Notes: a model not told the origin generated them from the sequence alone. A stretch of DNA of 53,106 bases, filler included, from Caldilineae bacterium (GCA_037446815.1; 21 parts of 21 records of this genome joined end to end with filler, not necessarily neighbours in it); one strand, 5' to 3'; counted from the whole stretch's first letter, positions 40,192 through 48,926 are shown. A program made the numbers and translations.

Positions 40192-40539
40192 ATGAACCGG
40201 TTGACCGAACTGTTCTTCCCACACAGGCTGTTGGGACAGTTGCGCGACGTTGCGGGTCCCCAGTGGCAGGCGCTGGTGGACCGCGTCGCCGCGCTTCCGC
40301 CGACGCACGAGGACAGCCTGGCGCTGACGCTCATGATCATCCGCGCCGCCGGCTGCATCGGCTGCGAGGCCGGCAGTTACCGCGCGGGCTTGGGGTGTGT
40401 CGTGTGCGCTCAGCGGGCCATCCGCGCCATGAACGCGACCGATGCCACCCTCATCCGCCGCTTCAAGCGCACCCAGGCTGAGGTCCACAAGTTCCTGGAG
40501 GAATCTCAACAGGCACGGGCCGACGACAAGGCTGCGTAG
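40192..40539 (+). CDS. Hypothetical four-cysteine protein
   Basis: 115 aa with CIGC and CVVC motifs; GAGGTG RBS. Confidence 0.75.
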   Translation: MNRLTELFFPHRLLGQLRDVAGPQWQALVDRVAALPPTHEDSLALTLMIIRAAGCIGCEAGSYRAGLGCVVCAQRAIRAMNATDATLIRRFKRTQAEVHKFLEESQQARADDKAA

Positions 40540-40564
40540 GCCGAGCGACTTCCCACGGCTCACG

Positions 40565-40595
40565 AACAGGAGGCGGCGCGCCCGCCTCCTGTTTT
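40565..40595. terminator. Terminator hairpin between convergent genes
   Basis: AACAGGAGGCGG / CCGCCTCCTGTT stem followed by T residues. Confidence 0.75.
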
Positions 40596-41911
40596 CATTT
40601 CGCGTTCGGCAGCGCGATTTCAATCTCCTCCAGCCGCGCGCCCCGCCGACGGGTAACCCGCAGGCGGACTCCCTTGCAGTCGTACACCTCCCCCTCCTCG
40701 GGTATCTTCTGCATCCGCGTCATCAACAGCCCCGCAAGGGTCTCGTACAGCTCACTCTCGGGCAGCGAAAGCCCTAGAATCTCGTTCGCCTCGTCCACGC
40801 GGAGTTGCGCGTCCACCCGAACCGTGTGCGCGTCCATTCGCCGAACGGCAGGGCGCACCGTGGCCACCTCGTCGCTCAGTTGCCCCACGATCTCTTCCAC
40901 CAGTTCCTCCAGCGTTACCAGCCCCGCGGTGCCGCCGTACTCATCCAGCACGATGGCCATCTGCACCTGCCGATTGCGCATCTCCGTGAACAGTTCGCTC
41001 ACCAACTTGGTCTCCGGCACCACCAGCGGCGGGGTGCGCATGATCTCCTTCACGGCCTTGTCCAGGACGTCAGGCGACCGCGCAAGCCACAGGAGGATAT
41101 CCTTGACCGACAGAAAGCCCACAATGTTGTCCAGGTCGTCCTTGTACACAGGAAAGCGGGCGTGCCGGGATTCCGAGAACTGCCCCAAGAACTCGCGCAC
41201 GGTCTGGTTCTGCTCCAGGGCGACGATTTGATTGCGCGGAATCATGACCTCGTGCACGCGACGGTCGCGCAGTTCAAACACGTTCTGGAGCATCGCCCGC
41301 TCCGTCTCGCGCACCGCGCCTTCTTTGCCGCCGATGTCTATCAGCATGCGCAACTCGTCCGTGGTAACGATGGGGGGATGCTCCTTTTGGGACCCGCTGA
41401 GGAGCCGCACCAGCGCGTTCGTGAGACGGGTCAGCAGCCACACGGGCGCCGCCATGACCTTGATGGCGATTTCTATCAGGCGGCCTTCTATGAGCGCCAT
41501 GCGCTCCGCGTTGGCCGCGGCGAAGGTCTTGGGCGTGATCTCGCCGAACGTTACCAAGACGATGGTCATGACAAAGGTGGCGACGTATTGCCCGCCCTCG
41601 CCCAACAGGCGCAGAGCCAGGGCCGCGCCCACCGACGACGCCAGGATGATGAAGGCGTTTTCGGTGAGCAGAATCGTGGCGAAGAGGCGGTCATGATTGG
41701 CCACCGCCCGCAGCGCCGCTTGGGCGCCGCGATTGCCCTTGTCGGCAAGGCTGCGCAGGCGAATCTTGCTCACCGAGATGAGCGCCGCCTCCGAACTGGA
41801 GAAGAAGGCCACGCAAATCACGCTCACCACCAGCAGGATGATCTGCAATGCCGCGCTGGAACTTCCCACAGGTACTGTCGCTTCCATAGGAACGCACTCC
41901 GTTCTATCCAC
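40595..41911 (-). CDS. Hemolysin-family CNNM/CorC protein (DUF21-CBS-CBS-CorC)
   Basis: AFFSSSEAAL, FGEITPK, EVMIPR, VLDEYGGTAGLVTLEELVEEIVG, ETLAG; the true start may be the downstream ATG near 41887. Confidence 0.93.
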   Translation of the reverse strand: MDRTECVPMEATVPVGSSSAALQIILLVVSVICVAFFSSSEAALISVSKIRLRSLADKGNRGAQAALRAVANHDRLFATILLTENAFIILASSVGAALALRLLGEGGQYVATFVMTIVLVTFGEITPKTFAAANAERMALIEGRLIEIAIKVMAAPVWLLTRLTNALVRLLSGSQKEHPPIVTTDELRMLIDIGGKEGAVRETERAMLQNVFELRDRRVHEVMIPRNQIVALEQNQTVREFLGQFSESRHARFPVYKDDLDNIVGFLSVKDILLWLARSPDVLDKAVKEIMRTPPLVVPETKLVSELFTEMRNRQVQMAIVLDEYGGTAGLVTLEELVEEIVGQLSDEVATVRPAVRRMDAHTVRVDAQLRVDEANEILGLSLPESELYETLAGLLMTRMQKIPEEGEVYDCKGVRLRVTRRRGARLEEIEIALPNAK

Positions 41912-41975
41912 AACTTGCGATGCCGCCCGAAGTATACAACGGAATGGGGCGGGTTGCCACTTGCGCGCACGCTGT

Positions 41976-42122
41976 GATTCGGTTCCAAAGTCTGTCGGTA
42001 TCTGTCATTGCGAGGGCGCGGAGCGCCCGAAGCAATCTCCGAGGCAGCAATCTCCGAGGCGTGAGGTTGCTTCGCTTCGCTCGCAACGACACACGAGGAG
42101 AGTGTCCTTGCGCTTCACCAAC
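41976..42122 (-). mobile_element. Nearly complete MITE subfamily A (inverted)
   Basis: Starts GATTCGGTTCCAAAGTCTGTCGGT and runs through the GTCATTGCGAG palindrome to TTCACCAAC at the contig end. Confidence 0.85.
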
Positions 42123-42351
42123 NNNNNNNNNNNNNNNNNNNNNNNNNNNNNNNNNNNNNNNNNNNNTTAATTAATTAANNNNNNNNNNNNNNNNNNNNNN
42201 NNNNNNNNNNNNNNNNNNNNNNGCGGCGAAGCCGCGAAGAATCTCGCAAACCGAGACCCTTCGCTTCGCTCAGGGTGACAGGACCGGGCCGCGCCCCGAA
42301 GGGCCCCACCCTCAGCGCGGCGGCTTTAGCCCCGCGCAGCCTCGCCCCCTT

Positions 42352-42380
42352 TTGCCCAAACCCGCCGGTGCCGCTATAAT
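42352..42380 (+). promoter_or_regulatory. Putative sigma70 promoter of tyrS
   Basis: TTGCCC-N17-TATAAT. Confidence 0.6.
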
Positions 42381-42444
42381 GCTAACGGCGGGCCATCGCC
42401 GCCCCGCGCCATGCCGAACCCCACCCAGGCAAGGAGACGAAACC

Positions 42445-43626
42445 ATGCGCGACAACCTGGAATGGATTCTCACACGCGGCGTCGCCGAAATCATCGTCAA
42501 AGAAGAACTGTTGCAGAAACTGCGGTCGGGCCAACCCCTGCGCCTGAAGCAGGGATTTGACCCCAGCAAGCCCGACCTGCACATCGGCCACGCCGTCGGC
42601 CTGCGCAAACTGCGCCAACTGCAAGACCTCGGCCATCAGGTCGTGCTCATCGTCGGCGACTGGACGGCCCAAATCGGCGACCCTTCCGGCCGCGATGAGT
42701 CGCGCACCATGCTCACCCCCGAAGAGGTCAAGGCCAACGCCAAGACCTACATGGACCAGTTCTTCAAAATCGTGGACCGCAGCCGCACCGAGGTCCGTTG
42801 GCAGAGCGAGTGGTTCGGCAAATTCACCCTGGCCGACGTCTTCAACCTCACCAGCCGCTTCACCCTGGCCCAGATGATGGCCCACGAGACGTTCCGCAAG
42901 CGATGGGAAAGCGGCTCGCCGCTGACCCTCATGGAACTCATGTACCCCCTGCTCCAGGCCTACGACTCCATCGCTATCCAGGCCGACGTGGAGTTTGGCG
43001 GCACCGACCAGAAGTTCAACATCCTTGCCGGGCGCGAACTCCAGGCCATGCTCGGCCAGCGGCCCCAGGATGTGTTCCTCGTGCCCCTGCTCCCCGGAAC
43101 CGACGGCCGCAAGATGAGCAAGACCTTCGGCAACACCGTGGACCTGAGCATGTCGCCCGAAGACATGTACGGCAAACTCATGTCCATCTCCGACGAGATG
43201 CTCATGGACTATCTGACGCTGGTTACCGACGTCCCCGACGAGGAATTGGCGCAGATTGAGACGGACCTGCGCGCCGGAACGGTCAACCCGCGCGACGTGA
43301 AGATGCGCCTGGCCCGCGAGGTCGTCGGCTACATCCACTCGCCCGAAGCCGCCGCCCGCGCCGAAGAGGAGTTCGTCCGCGTCTTCCAGCGCCGTGAACT
43401 CCCCACGGACATGCCCGAATTCACCGTGCCTCCGGAGGGCCTCAACATCGTGGACCTCATGGTACAGGCCGGCACCGCTGCCTCCAAGAGCGAGGCGCGG
43501 CGGCTTGTCCAGCAGGGTGGCGTGCGCCTCGGCGATGCCACAGTGGACAGCGTTGACCTCATCGTGGAGCCGCGAGAGGCCGTGCTCCAGGTGGGCAAGC
43601 GGCGCTTCGTGCGGTTGCGAGGGTAA
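42445..43626 (+). CDS. tyrS: Tyrosine--tRNA ligase
   Basis: GFDP...LHIGH, YPLLQAYD, GGTDQKFN, KMSK, C-terminal S4 domain ending VGKRRF. Confidence 0.98.
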   Translation: MRDNLEWILTRGVAEIIVKEELLQKLRSGQPLRLKQGFDPSKPDLHIGHAVGLRKLRQLQDLGHQVVLIVGDWTAQIGDPSGRDESRTMLTPEEVKANAKTYMDQFFKIVDRSRTEVRWQSEWFGKFTLADVFNLTSRFTLAQMMAHETFRKRWESGSPLTLMELMYPLLQAYDSIAIQADVEFGGTDQKFNILAGRELQAMLGQRPQDVFLVPLLPGTDGRKMSKTFGNTVDLSMSPEDMYGKLMSISDEMLMDYLTLVTDVPDEELAQIETDLRAGTVNPRDVKMRLAREVVGYIHSPEAAARAEEEFVRVFQRRELPTDMPEFTVPPEGLNIVDLMVQAGTAASKSEARRLVQQGGVRLGDATVDSVDLIVEPREAVLQVGKRRFVRLRG

Positions 43627-43636
43627 GAAGAACGCC

Positions 43637-44179
43637 ATGAGCACCGTGCTCCCAACGCCGCGAGGCCCCGTCGCCATTCGCTACGCCGTTCCCGCCGACG
43701 CCTCGGCTCTGCGCGAAGTCCGCCTGCAAGCCCTGGCGGGCGAGCCCATCGCCTTCTCCGCGGACTATGACACCACAGCCGCCCAGCCTGCGGAGACGTG
43801 GGCCGAGCGAGTCGCCGCCTACGCCGCCGACTCCTCGGGCGTCATCGCCGTCGCGGATGCCGAGGGCCGCCTGGTGGGCATGGCAGGGCTGGCCCGCGGC
43901 CACTGGCCCAAGACGCGCCACCTGGGCGAAATCTGGGGCGTTTATGTCAAGCCCCAGTGGCGCGGACTCCACGTAGGCGAAGCCCTCCTGGAAGCCTGCG
44001 CCGCCTGGGCGCGCGTCAACGGCATCGTCATCCTCAAACTCGGCGTCGCCAAGGTCAACGCGCCGGCCATCCGATGCTACACCCGCAGCGGCTTCACCGT
44101 CTGCGGCGAGGATCACATGGCCCTCTACGTGGACGGCGCTTACTACGACGAGTTGCTCATGGAGCGCGTGCTGCGCTAG
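43637..44179 (+). CDS. GNAT family N-acetyltransferase
   Basis: GVYVKPQWRGLHVG acetyl-CoA motif and NAPAIRCYTRSGF. Confidence 0.9.
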   Translation: MSTVLPTPRGPVAIRYAVPADASALREVRLQALAGEPIAFSADYDTTAAQPAETWAERVAAYAADSSGVIAVADAEGRLVGMAGLARGHWPKTRHLGEIWGVYVKPQWRGLHVGEALLEACAAWARVNGIVILKLGVAKVNAPAIRCYTRSGFTVCGEDHMALYVDGAYYDELLMERVLR

Positions 44180-44203
44180 GCCGATTCCCTCGCCTCAGCC
44201 CGC

Positions 44204-44378
44204 CATTCGGTTCCATTTTGTGTTGGTCTGCCCCGCACGCCGCCTCTCCACTCTGTCATGCTGAGCCGAAGGCGATACGCCCTCGCCCTTCGGGAGAGGG
44301 CTGGGGTGAGGGGCGAGATTCTTCGCGGCTTTGCCGCTCAGAATGACGGTAGATGCCAACAGACTTTGGAGCCGAATC
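44204..44378 (+). mobile_element. Complete 175-bp MITE, subfamily B
   Basis: TIRs CATTCGGTTCCATTTTGTGTTGGT and GCCAACAGACTTTGGAGCCGAATC; flanks CAGCCCGC (44196-44203) and CAGCCTGC (44379-44386) match 7/8. Confidence 0.88.
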
Positions 44379-44487
44379 CAGCCTGCCNNNNNNNNNNNNN
44401 NNNNNNNNNNNNNNNNNNNNNNNNNNNNNNNTTAATTAATTAANNNNNNNNNNNNNNNNNNNNNNNNNNNNNNNNNNNNNNNNNNNN

Positions 44488-44787
44488 TTCATTGACTCCA
44501 CCGGCCACTGCCTCTTCATCGCCTTCGCCATCCTGGACATCGCCAGCGGGTTTGAGGGCATGATGGAGGAGTGCAACGGCGTGCTGGGCACCAACTGGAA
44601 GTCCGAGGATGCCGCCAAACTGGGCGCCGAAATCCTCAAGGTGGAGCGCGCCTTCAACGAGGCTGCCGGCCTCGGCAAGGAAGCAGACCGCATGCCCGAG
44701 TTCATGAAGTACGAGCCGCTCCCGCCGCACAACGTGGTCTGGGACGTGCCCGACAGCGCCCTGGACTCCGTGTTCGGCGAACTGTAG
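44488..44787 (+). CDS. C-terminus of an aldehyde:ferredoxin oxidoreductase family enzyme (5' truncated)
   Basis: Open from the contig edge: DSTGHCLF, ERAFNEAAG, DRMPEF, EPLPPHN; upstream of a tungsten-cofactor maturase. Confidence 0.85.
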   Translation, partial: FIDSTGHCLFIAFAILDIASGFEGMMEECNGVLGTNWKSEDAAKLGAEILKVERAFNEAAGLGKEADRMPEFMKYEPLPPHNVVWDVPDSALDSVFGEL

Positions 44788-44799
44788 ATTCGGCCTCCG

Positions 44800-44838
44800 C
44801 AGACCTCCCGCGGCTAGCCCTGCGGGAGGTCTGTCTTT
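44800..44838 (+). terminator. Intergenic hairpin (partial terminator or mRNA stabiliser)
   Basis: CAGACCTCCCGC / GCGGGAGGTCTG stem followed by TCTTT. Confidence 0.6.
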
Positions 44839-44850
44839 GGAGAGGGAGCC

Positions 44851-46038
44851 ATGCCCAAAGTTGTCGCTGATGAGCAAGGACGCCTCGTCCTTCCCGAAGA
44901 TTTTCTGCAGCGCCGCCATATTCCCCCGCGGGCGGAATACTGGCTGGACGAGCGCGAGGGCGACCTGATCCTGCACCCCTGCGCCCGCGACGCGCGAAAA
45001 CTGTACGTGGAGCCCACCACCGGCTGCAACCTCCACTGCCGCACCTGCATCCGCAACGTCTGGCAAGACCCGGAAACCCAGATGAGCATGGCAACCTTCC
45101 AGCGCATCGCGGAGGCCCTGGGCGACTTCCCTAGACTGGAGCGCGTCATCTTCACCGGCTTCGGCGAGCCGCTCACCCATCCGCGCATCGTGGACATGAT
45201 TGAGGCCGTGCGCAAGAAGGACATCGCCGTAACCGTCGGCTCCAATGGGTTGCTGCTGGACAAGGCGATAGCCGAAGAAATGGTGCGTCTCGGCGTAGAT
45301 CGGCTGGTCATATCCCTGGACGGCGTCAAGCCCGAGACCTACGCCGACGTGCGCGGGGCCATGATCTCGCAGGTGTTGGAGAACATCCGCCACGTCCGCG
45401 AGGCGAAGACCCGTCTCGGCTCCCTAATACCCGCCATCGGAATTGAGTTCGTCGCCCTCAAAAGCAACGTGGCCGAGTTGGGGCAACTGGCGGGGCTCGC
45501 GTCGCGACTGGGGGCCGCCCGCGTCCTTGTGAGCAACGTCCTGGCCTACACCGAAGACATGCGCGACGAGATGCTGTACGGCTACGAGCCGCGCCCGCCT
45601 CTCAATTCGGGCGGCTGGCCCGTGTCGCTGGATGCGTGGGTTACCTGGGGCACCCTGGAACTCCCCCGCATGCACTGGGGCGCGGAGCGGCGCTGCCGAT
45701 TTGTACAAGACCGCGCCATTGTGGTAGGATGGGACGGCGGCGTATCACCCTGCTATGCCCTGTCGCACAACTACACATACTTCGCCATTGACGGCAGGCA
45801 GAAGCAGGTAACCCGCTACATTCTCGGCAACGTCAACCAGCAGAACCTGGCCGACATCTGGACTTCCGAGGAATACGTTCGCTTCCGCAGCGAGGTGCGC
45901 GGGTTCCACTTCCCCTCGTGCCCCGACTGCGACCTGCGCGAAACCTGCGACCTGCGCGAGCGGAACGAAGGCTGCTGGGGCTGGAACCCGTCTTGCGCCG
46001 ACTGCCTGTGGGCTCAGGACATCGTGCGTTGCCCGTGA
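44851..46038 (+). CDS. Radical SAM/SPASM protein, tungsten-cofactor oxidoreductase maturase type
   Basis: CNLHCRTC, Cys-rich SPASM tail (CPDC...C...PSCADCLWAQDIVRCP), AbrB-like N-terminus, AOR/MoaD context. Confidence 0.88.
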   Translation: MPKVVADEQGRLVLPEDFLQRRHIPPRAEYWLDEREGDLILHPCARDARKLYVEPTTGCNLHCRTCIRNVWQDPETQMSMATFQRIAEALGDFPRLERVIFTGFGEPLTHPRIVDMIEAVRKKDIAVTVGSNGLLLDKAIAEEMVRLGVDRLVISLDGVKPETYADVRGAMISQVLENIRHVREAKTRLGSLIPAIGIEFVALKSNVAELGQLAGLASRLGAARVLVSNVLAYTEDMRDEMLYGYEPRPPLNSGGWPVSLDAWVTWGTLELPRMHWGAERRCRFVQDRAIVVGWDGGVSPCYALSHNYTYFAIDGRQKQVTRYILGNVNQQNLADIWTSEEYVRFRSEVRGFHFPSCPDCDLRETCDLRERNEGCWGWNPSCADCLWAQDIVRCP

Positions 46039-46045
46039 GGTAGGG

Positions 46046-46285
46046 ATGCGCGTTCAAGTCAAACTTTTCGCGGGATTGGGACGGTATCTCAAGGGACAGG
46101 CGTCGGGGGCTCCCGTTGAGGTGGACTTGCCGGCAGGGGCCACCCTTGAGGCGCTCATCCGCCAGTTGGGCCTGCCCCCGGACGAGGTGCGCGTGATCTT
46201 CGTCAACGGGCGCGCACAGCCAGTAACCTACGAACTACGCGATCAAGACGAAATCGGGATTTTCCCACCGGTGGGAGGAGGCTAG
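46046..46285 (+). CDS. MoaD/ThiS family sulfur carrier
   Basis: 79-aa beta-grasp protein ending IFPPVGGG. Confidence 0.92.
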   Translation: MRVQVKLFAGLGRYLKGQASGAPVEVDLPAGATLEALIRQLGLPPDEVRVIFVNGRAQPVTYELRDQDEIGIFPPVGGG

Positions 46286-46286
46286 C

Positions 46287-46649
46287 ATGGCAGATATCAT
46301 GGTAGACGTTTGGCTCTATGGCGCGCTGGCGAAATATGGCGGAGATGCCGCCGGACCGGCGCACGCCAACCTCAAGGTAACGCTCCCGGAGGGCAGCACC
46401 ATGGCCGACCTCCTCGCCCGCATCGGCGTGCCAACGGAGGAACGCGGCATCACCTTCATCAGCGGCAACCTCAGCGCCATGCCGGGCCTCCAGCCCGACC
46501 TGAGCCATGTCCTGAAGGACGGCGACCGCGTGGGCATCTTTGACCCCCGCAGCATGTGGCCGTTCCAGTATCGCCACGGCGCGGCCATGATCCCCGAAAT
46601 GGCCCGCGCCATCAACGAAGCCGAGGATCTGGGCCTGCACCACGCGTAC
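46287..46649 (+). CDS. Second MoaD-like beta-grasp protein with C-terminal extension (3' truncated)
   Basis: VWLYGAL...LPEGSTMADLL...LKDGDRVGIF continues as SMWPFQYRHG instead of ending in GG. Confidence 0.75.
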
Positions 46650-46822
46650 NNNNNNNNNNNNNNNNNNNNNNNNNNNNNNNNNNNNNNNNNNNNTTAATTA
46701 ATTAANNNNNNNNNNNNNNNNNNNNNNNNNNNNNNNNNNNNNNNNNNNNTCCGCCCAATCCGTGTTGTCCGTGGGTACAACCCCGGAGATGCTTCGCCTT
46801 TGGCTCAGCATGACAAAAGACA

Positions 46823-46972
46823 GAGTCGGTTTCATCTTGTGTTGGTGAACCGTGGGCGCACTCTCCTCGTGTGTCATTGCGAGCGAAGCGAAGCAATCGC
46901 GCCCCCCGGGGATTGCTTCGGGCGCTCCGCGCCCTCGCAATGACAGCGCCAACAGACTTTTGGAACCGTGTC
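46823..46972 (+). mobile_element. Complete 150-bp MITE, subfamily A
   Basis: TIRs GAGTCGGTTTCATCTTGTGTTGG and CCAACAGACTTTTGGAACCGTGTC; perfect 8-bp direct repeat AAAAGACA at 46815-46822 and 46973-46980. Confidence 0.93.
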
Positions 46973-46987
46973 AAAAGACAACAATAC

Positions 46988-47036
46988 TTGACAAAGACGC
47001 AATTCAGTGGTATACTATATGCAAATTGCATGTAGT
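46988..47036 (+). promoter_or_regulatory. Strong sigma70 promoter with overlapping dyad operator candidate
   Basis: TTGACA-N17-TATACT with extended TG; ACTATATGCAA-A-TTGCATGTAGT at 47014-47036. Confidence 0.75.
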
Positions 47037-47086
47037 CGCATTCTGCAATTAGCGCGACCACGCAGATTCACATCAGGAGGAACATC

Positions 47087-48163
47087 GTGGCCACCGAGAA
47101 ACAAATCATGGCAGCCTTGAGCAACGTCATGGACCCTGAGTTGCGCAAGAGCATCACCGAGTTGGGCATGGTGCGCAGCGTGCAGGTGCAGGGCGACCGG
47201 GTGAACGTTACCCTCGCCCTCACCACCCTCGCGTGCCCGCTGTCGGGCTCCATCGCGGAGGATGTGCGCAAGGCGATCCAAGCCCTGGACGGCGTCGCCG
47301 CCGTGGACGTGAAACTGGAGGAGATGACGGACGAGGAGCGCGCCCGCGCCTTCGCTTCGGTCAGGGGCCAGCCGCAGGAGGAAGGCATGGCCGCCCACCT
47401 GAACCGCATCCAGCACGTGCTCGCCGTCATGAGCGGCAAGGGCGGCGTGGGCAAGTCGCTGGTAACGGCCCAACTGGCCGTGGCGCTGCGCCGCAAGGGC
47501 CTGCGCGTCGGCATCCTGGACGCCGACATCACCGGCCCCAGCATCCCCAAAATCCTTGGCCTCACCGACCGTCCGGAGTCCACGCCCCTGGGCATCGCGC
47601 CGGTCAAGAGCAAAACCGGCATCCGCGTCATGTCCATCAACCTGCTGCTCCCCAACGAGGATGACGCCGTCATCTGGCGCGGCCCGCTCATCGGCGGCGC
47701 CATCAAGCAGTTCTGGGGCGATGTGTTCTGGGGCGACCTGGACTACCTGCTCATTGACCTGCCGCCCGGAACCGCCGACGCGCCGCTCACCGTCATGCAG
47801 AGCATCCCGCTCAACGGCATCATCCTGGTAACCTCGCCGCAGGAACTGGCGGGCATGGTGGTGCGCAAGGCGGCGCAGATGGCGCTGCAACTGCACGTCC
47901 CCATGCTGGGCATCGTGGAGAACATGAGTTACGCCGTCTGCCCCCATTGCGGGGAGCGCCTGGAAATCTTCGGCCCCAGCCACACGGCAGAGGCGGCGGC
48001 CCTCATGGGCGTCCCCCTGCTGGGCCAGATACCCATAGACCCGCACATTGCCACCCTGTCGGACGAGGGAGCGCTGGAGGACTACGAATCGGCGGCGTTT
48101 GAGTCCGTCGCGGATGAACTGTTGAAGCGCGTGCCGGAAAAGCAGACGAAACCCATGTTGTAG
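47087..48163 (+). CDS. mrp: Mrp/NBP35 (ApbC) Fe-S cluster carrier ATPase with N-terminal DUF59
   Basis: DPEL...LTTLACP, SGKGGVGKS, DADITGPSIP, WRGP, DLPPGT, ENMS...CPHC. Confidence 0.94.
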   Translation: MATEKQIMAALSNVMDPELRKSITELGMVRSVQVQGDRVNVTLALTTLACPLSGSIAEDVRKAIQALDGVAAVDVKLEEMTDEERARAFASVRGQPQEEGMAAHLNRIQHVLAVMSGKGGVGKSLVTAQLAVALRRKGLRVGILDADITGPSIPKILGLTDRPESTPLGIAPVKSKTGIRVMSINLLLPNEDDAVIWRGPLIGGAIKQFWGDVFWGDLDYLLIDLPPGTADAPLTVMQSIPLNGIILVTSPQELAGMVVRKAAQMALQLHVPMLGIVENMSYAVCPHCGERLEIFGPSHTAEAAALMGVPLLGQIPIDPHIATLSDEGALEDYESAAFESVADELLKRVPEKQTKPML

Positions 48164-48189
48164 TGCCAAAGGTGAGGAGGTGAAAACCC

Positions 48190-48402
48190 ATGGCGATGCG
48201 AAAGTTCCGCTGTTCCGACTGCGGCCACACGTTTGAGATCGCATACGGGACGGGCACGCCTGGCGCGGCCATGACGTGCCCCAACTGCGGCGGCAAGAAC
48301 GTGCACCGCGCCGAGGAGGACCGCGGGTACAACCGCGGCGGTCGGGGCGCTGGCCGTGGCCGTGGCCCTGCCAGCGCGGGGCGCGGGCGCGGCGGCGCAT
48401 AG
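48190..48402 (+). CDS. FmdB-like zinc ribbon protein with Gly/Arg-rich tail
   Basis: CSDCGHTFE...CPNCG and RGGRGAGRGRG tail; GAGGAGGTG RBS. Confidence 0.8.
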   Translation: MAMRKFRCSDCGHTFEIAYGTGTPGAAMTCPNCGGKNVHRAEEDRGYNRGGRGAGRGRGPASAGRGRGGA

Positions 48403-48426
48403 TCCTTGACAAGGGAGGTCCGATCC

Positions 48427-48639
48427 ATGTGTCAGGCGACGGTCTTTATGCAGCGAGGTGCGCAAAAAGAGGAAATCATGCGCGACGTGATTGTGCTGGA
48501 AGCCGACGGCGACGAGGTGCGCATCCGCAGTTTCTTTGACGCGCCCCAGACCCTGCGCGCGCGGCTTCGGCAGATAGACTTTCTGAAGCACACCGTAACC
48601 CTGGAACCGTTGGAACAAGCCGGAGAGGAGAACACATAG
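48427..48639 (+). CDS. cooT: CooT family nickel-binding protein
   Basis: MC N-terminus, IMRDV and IDFLKH C-terminal pattern; 70 aa; GGGAGG RBS. Confidence 0.78.
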   Translation: MCQATVFMQRGAQKEEIMRDVIVLEADGDEVRIRSFFDAPQTLRARLRQIDFLKHTVTLEPLEQAGEENT

Positions 48640-48640
48640 C

Positions 48641-48826
48641 ATGGATGACTTGAAGAAACTGGCCGTCCTGTTGCCGCACTGGTCGGAGCACAACGCCGAA
48701 CACGCCGAGGAGTTCCGCGAGTGGGCGCAGCGCGCCGAAGCCGCGGGGAAAACCGACGCGGCCCAGCACATCCGCGCTGCCGCCGACGCGCTGGAACAGG
48801 CCAATCGGGCGCTGGCCGCCGCTATC
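48641..48826 (+). CDS. Small His-containing helical protein (3' truncated)
   Basis: KLAVLLPHWSEHNAEHAEEF; starts 1 nt after the cooT stop. Confidence 0.75.
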
Positions 48827-48926
48827 NNNNNNNNNNNNNNNNNNNNNNNNNNNNNNNNNNNNNNNNNNNNTTAATTAATTAANNNNNNNNNNNNNNNNNN
48901 NNNNNNNNNNNNNNNNNNNNNNNNNN

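Noticed and set aside
44488..48826. Apparent single metal-cofactor super-operon (AOR cluster plus Mrp/CooT)
   Set aside because: Separated by a linker; physical linkage cannot be inferred.
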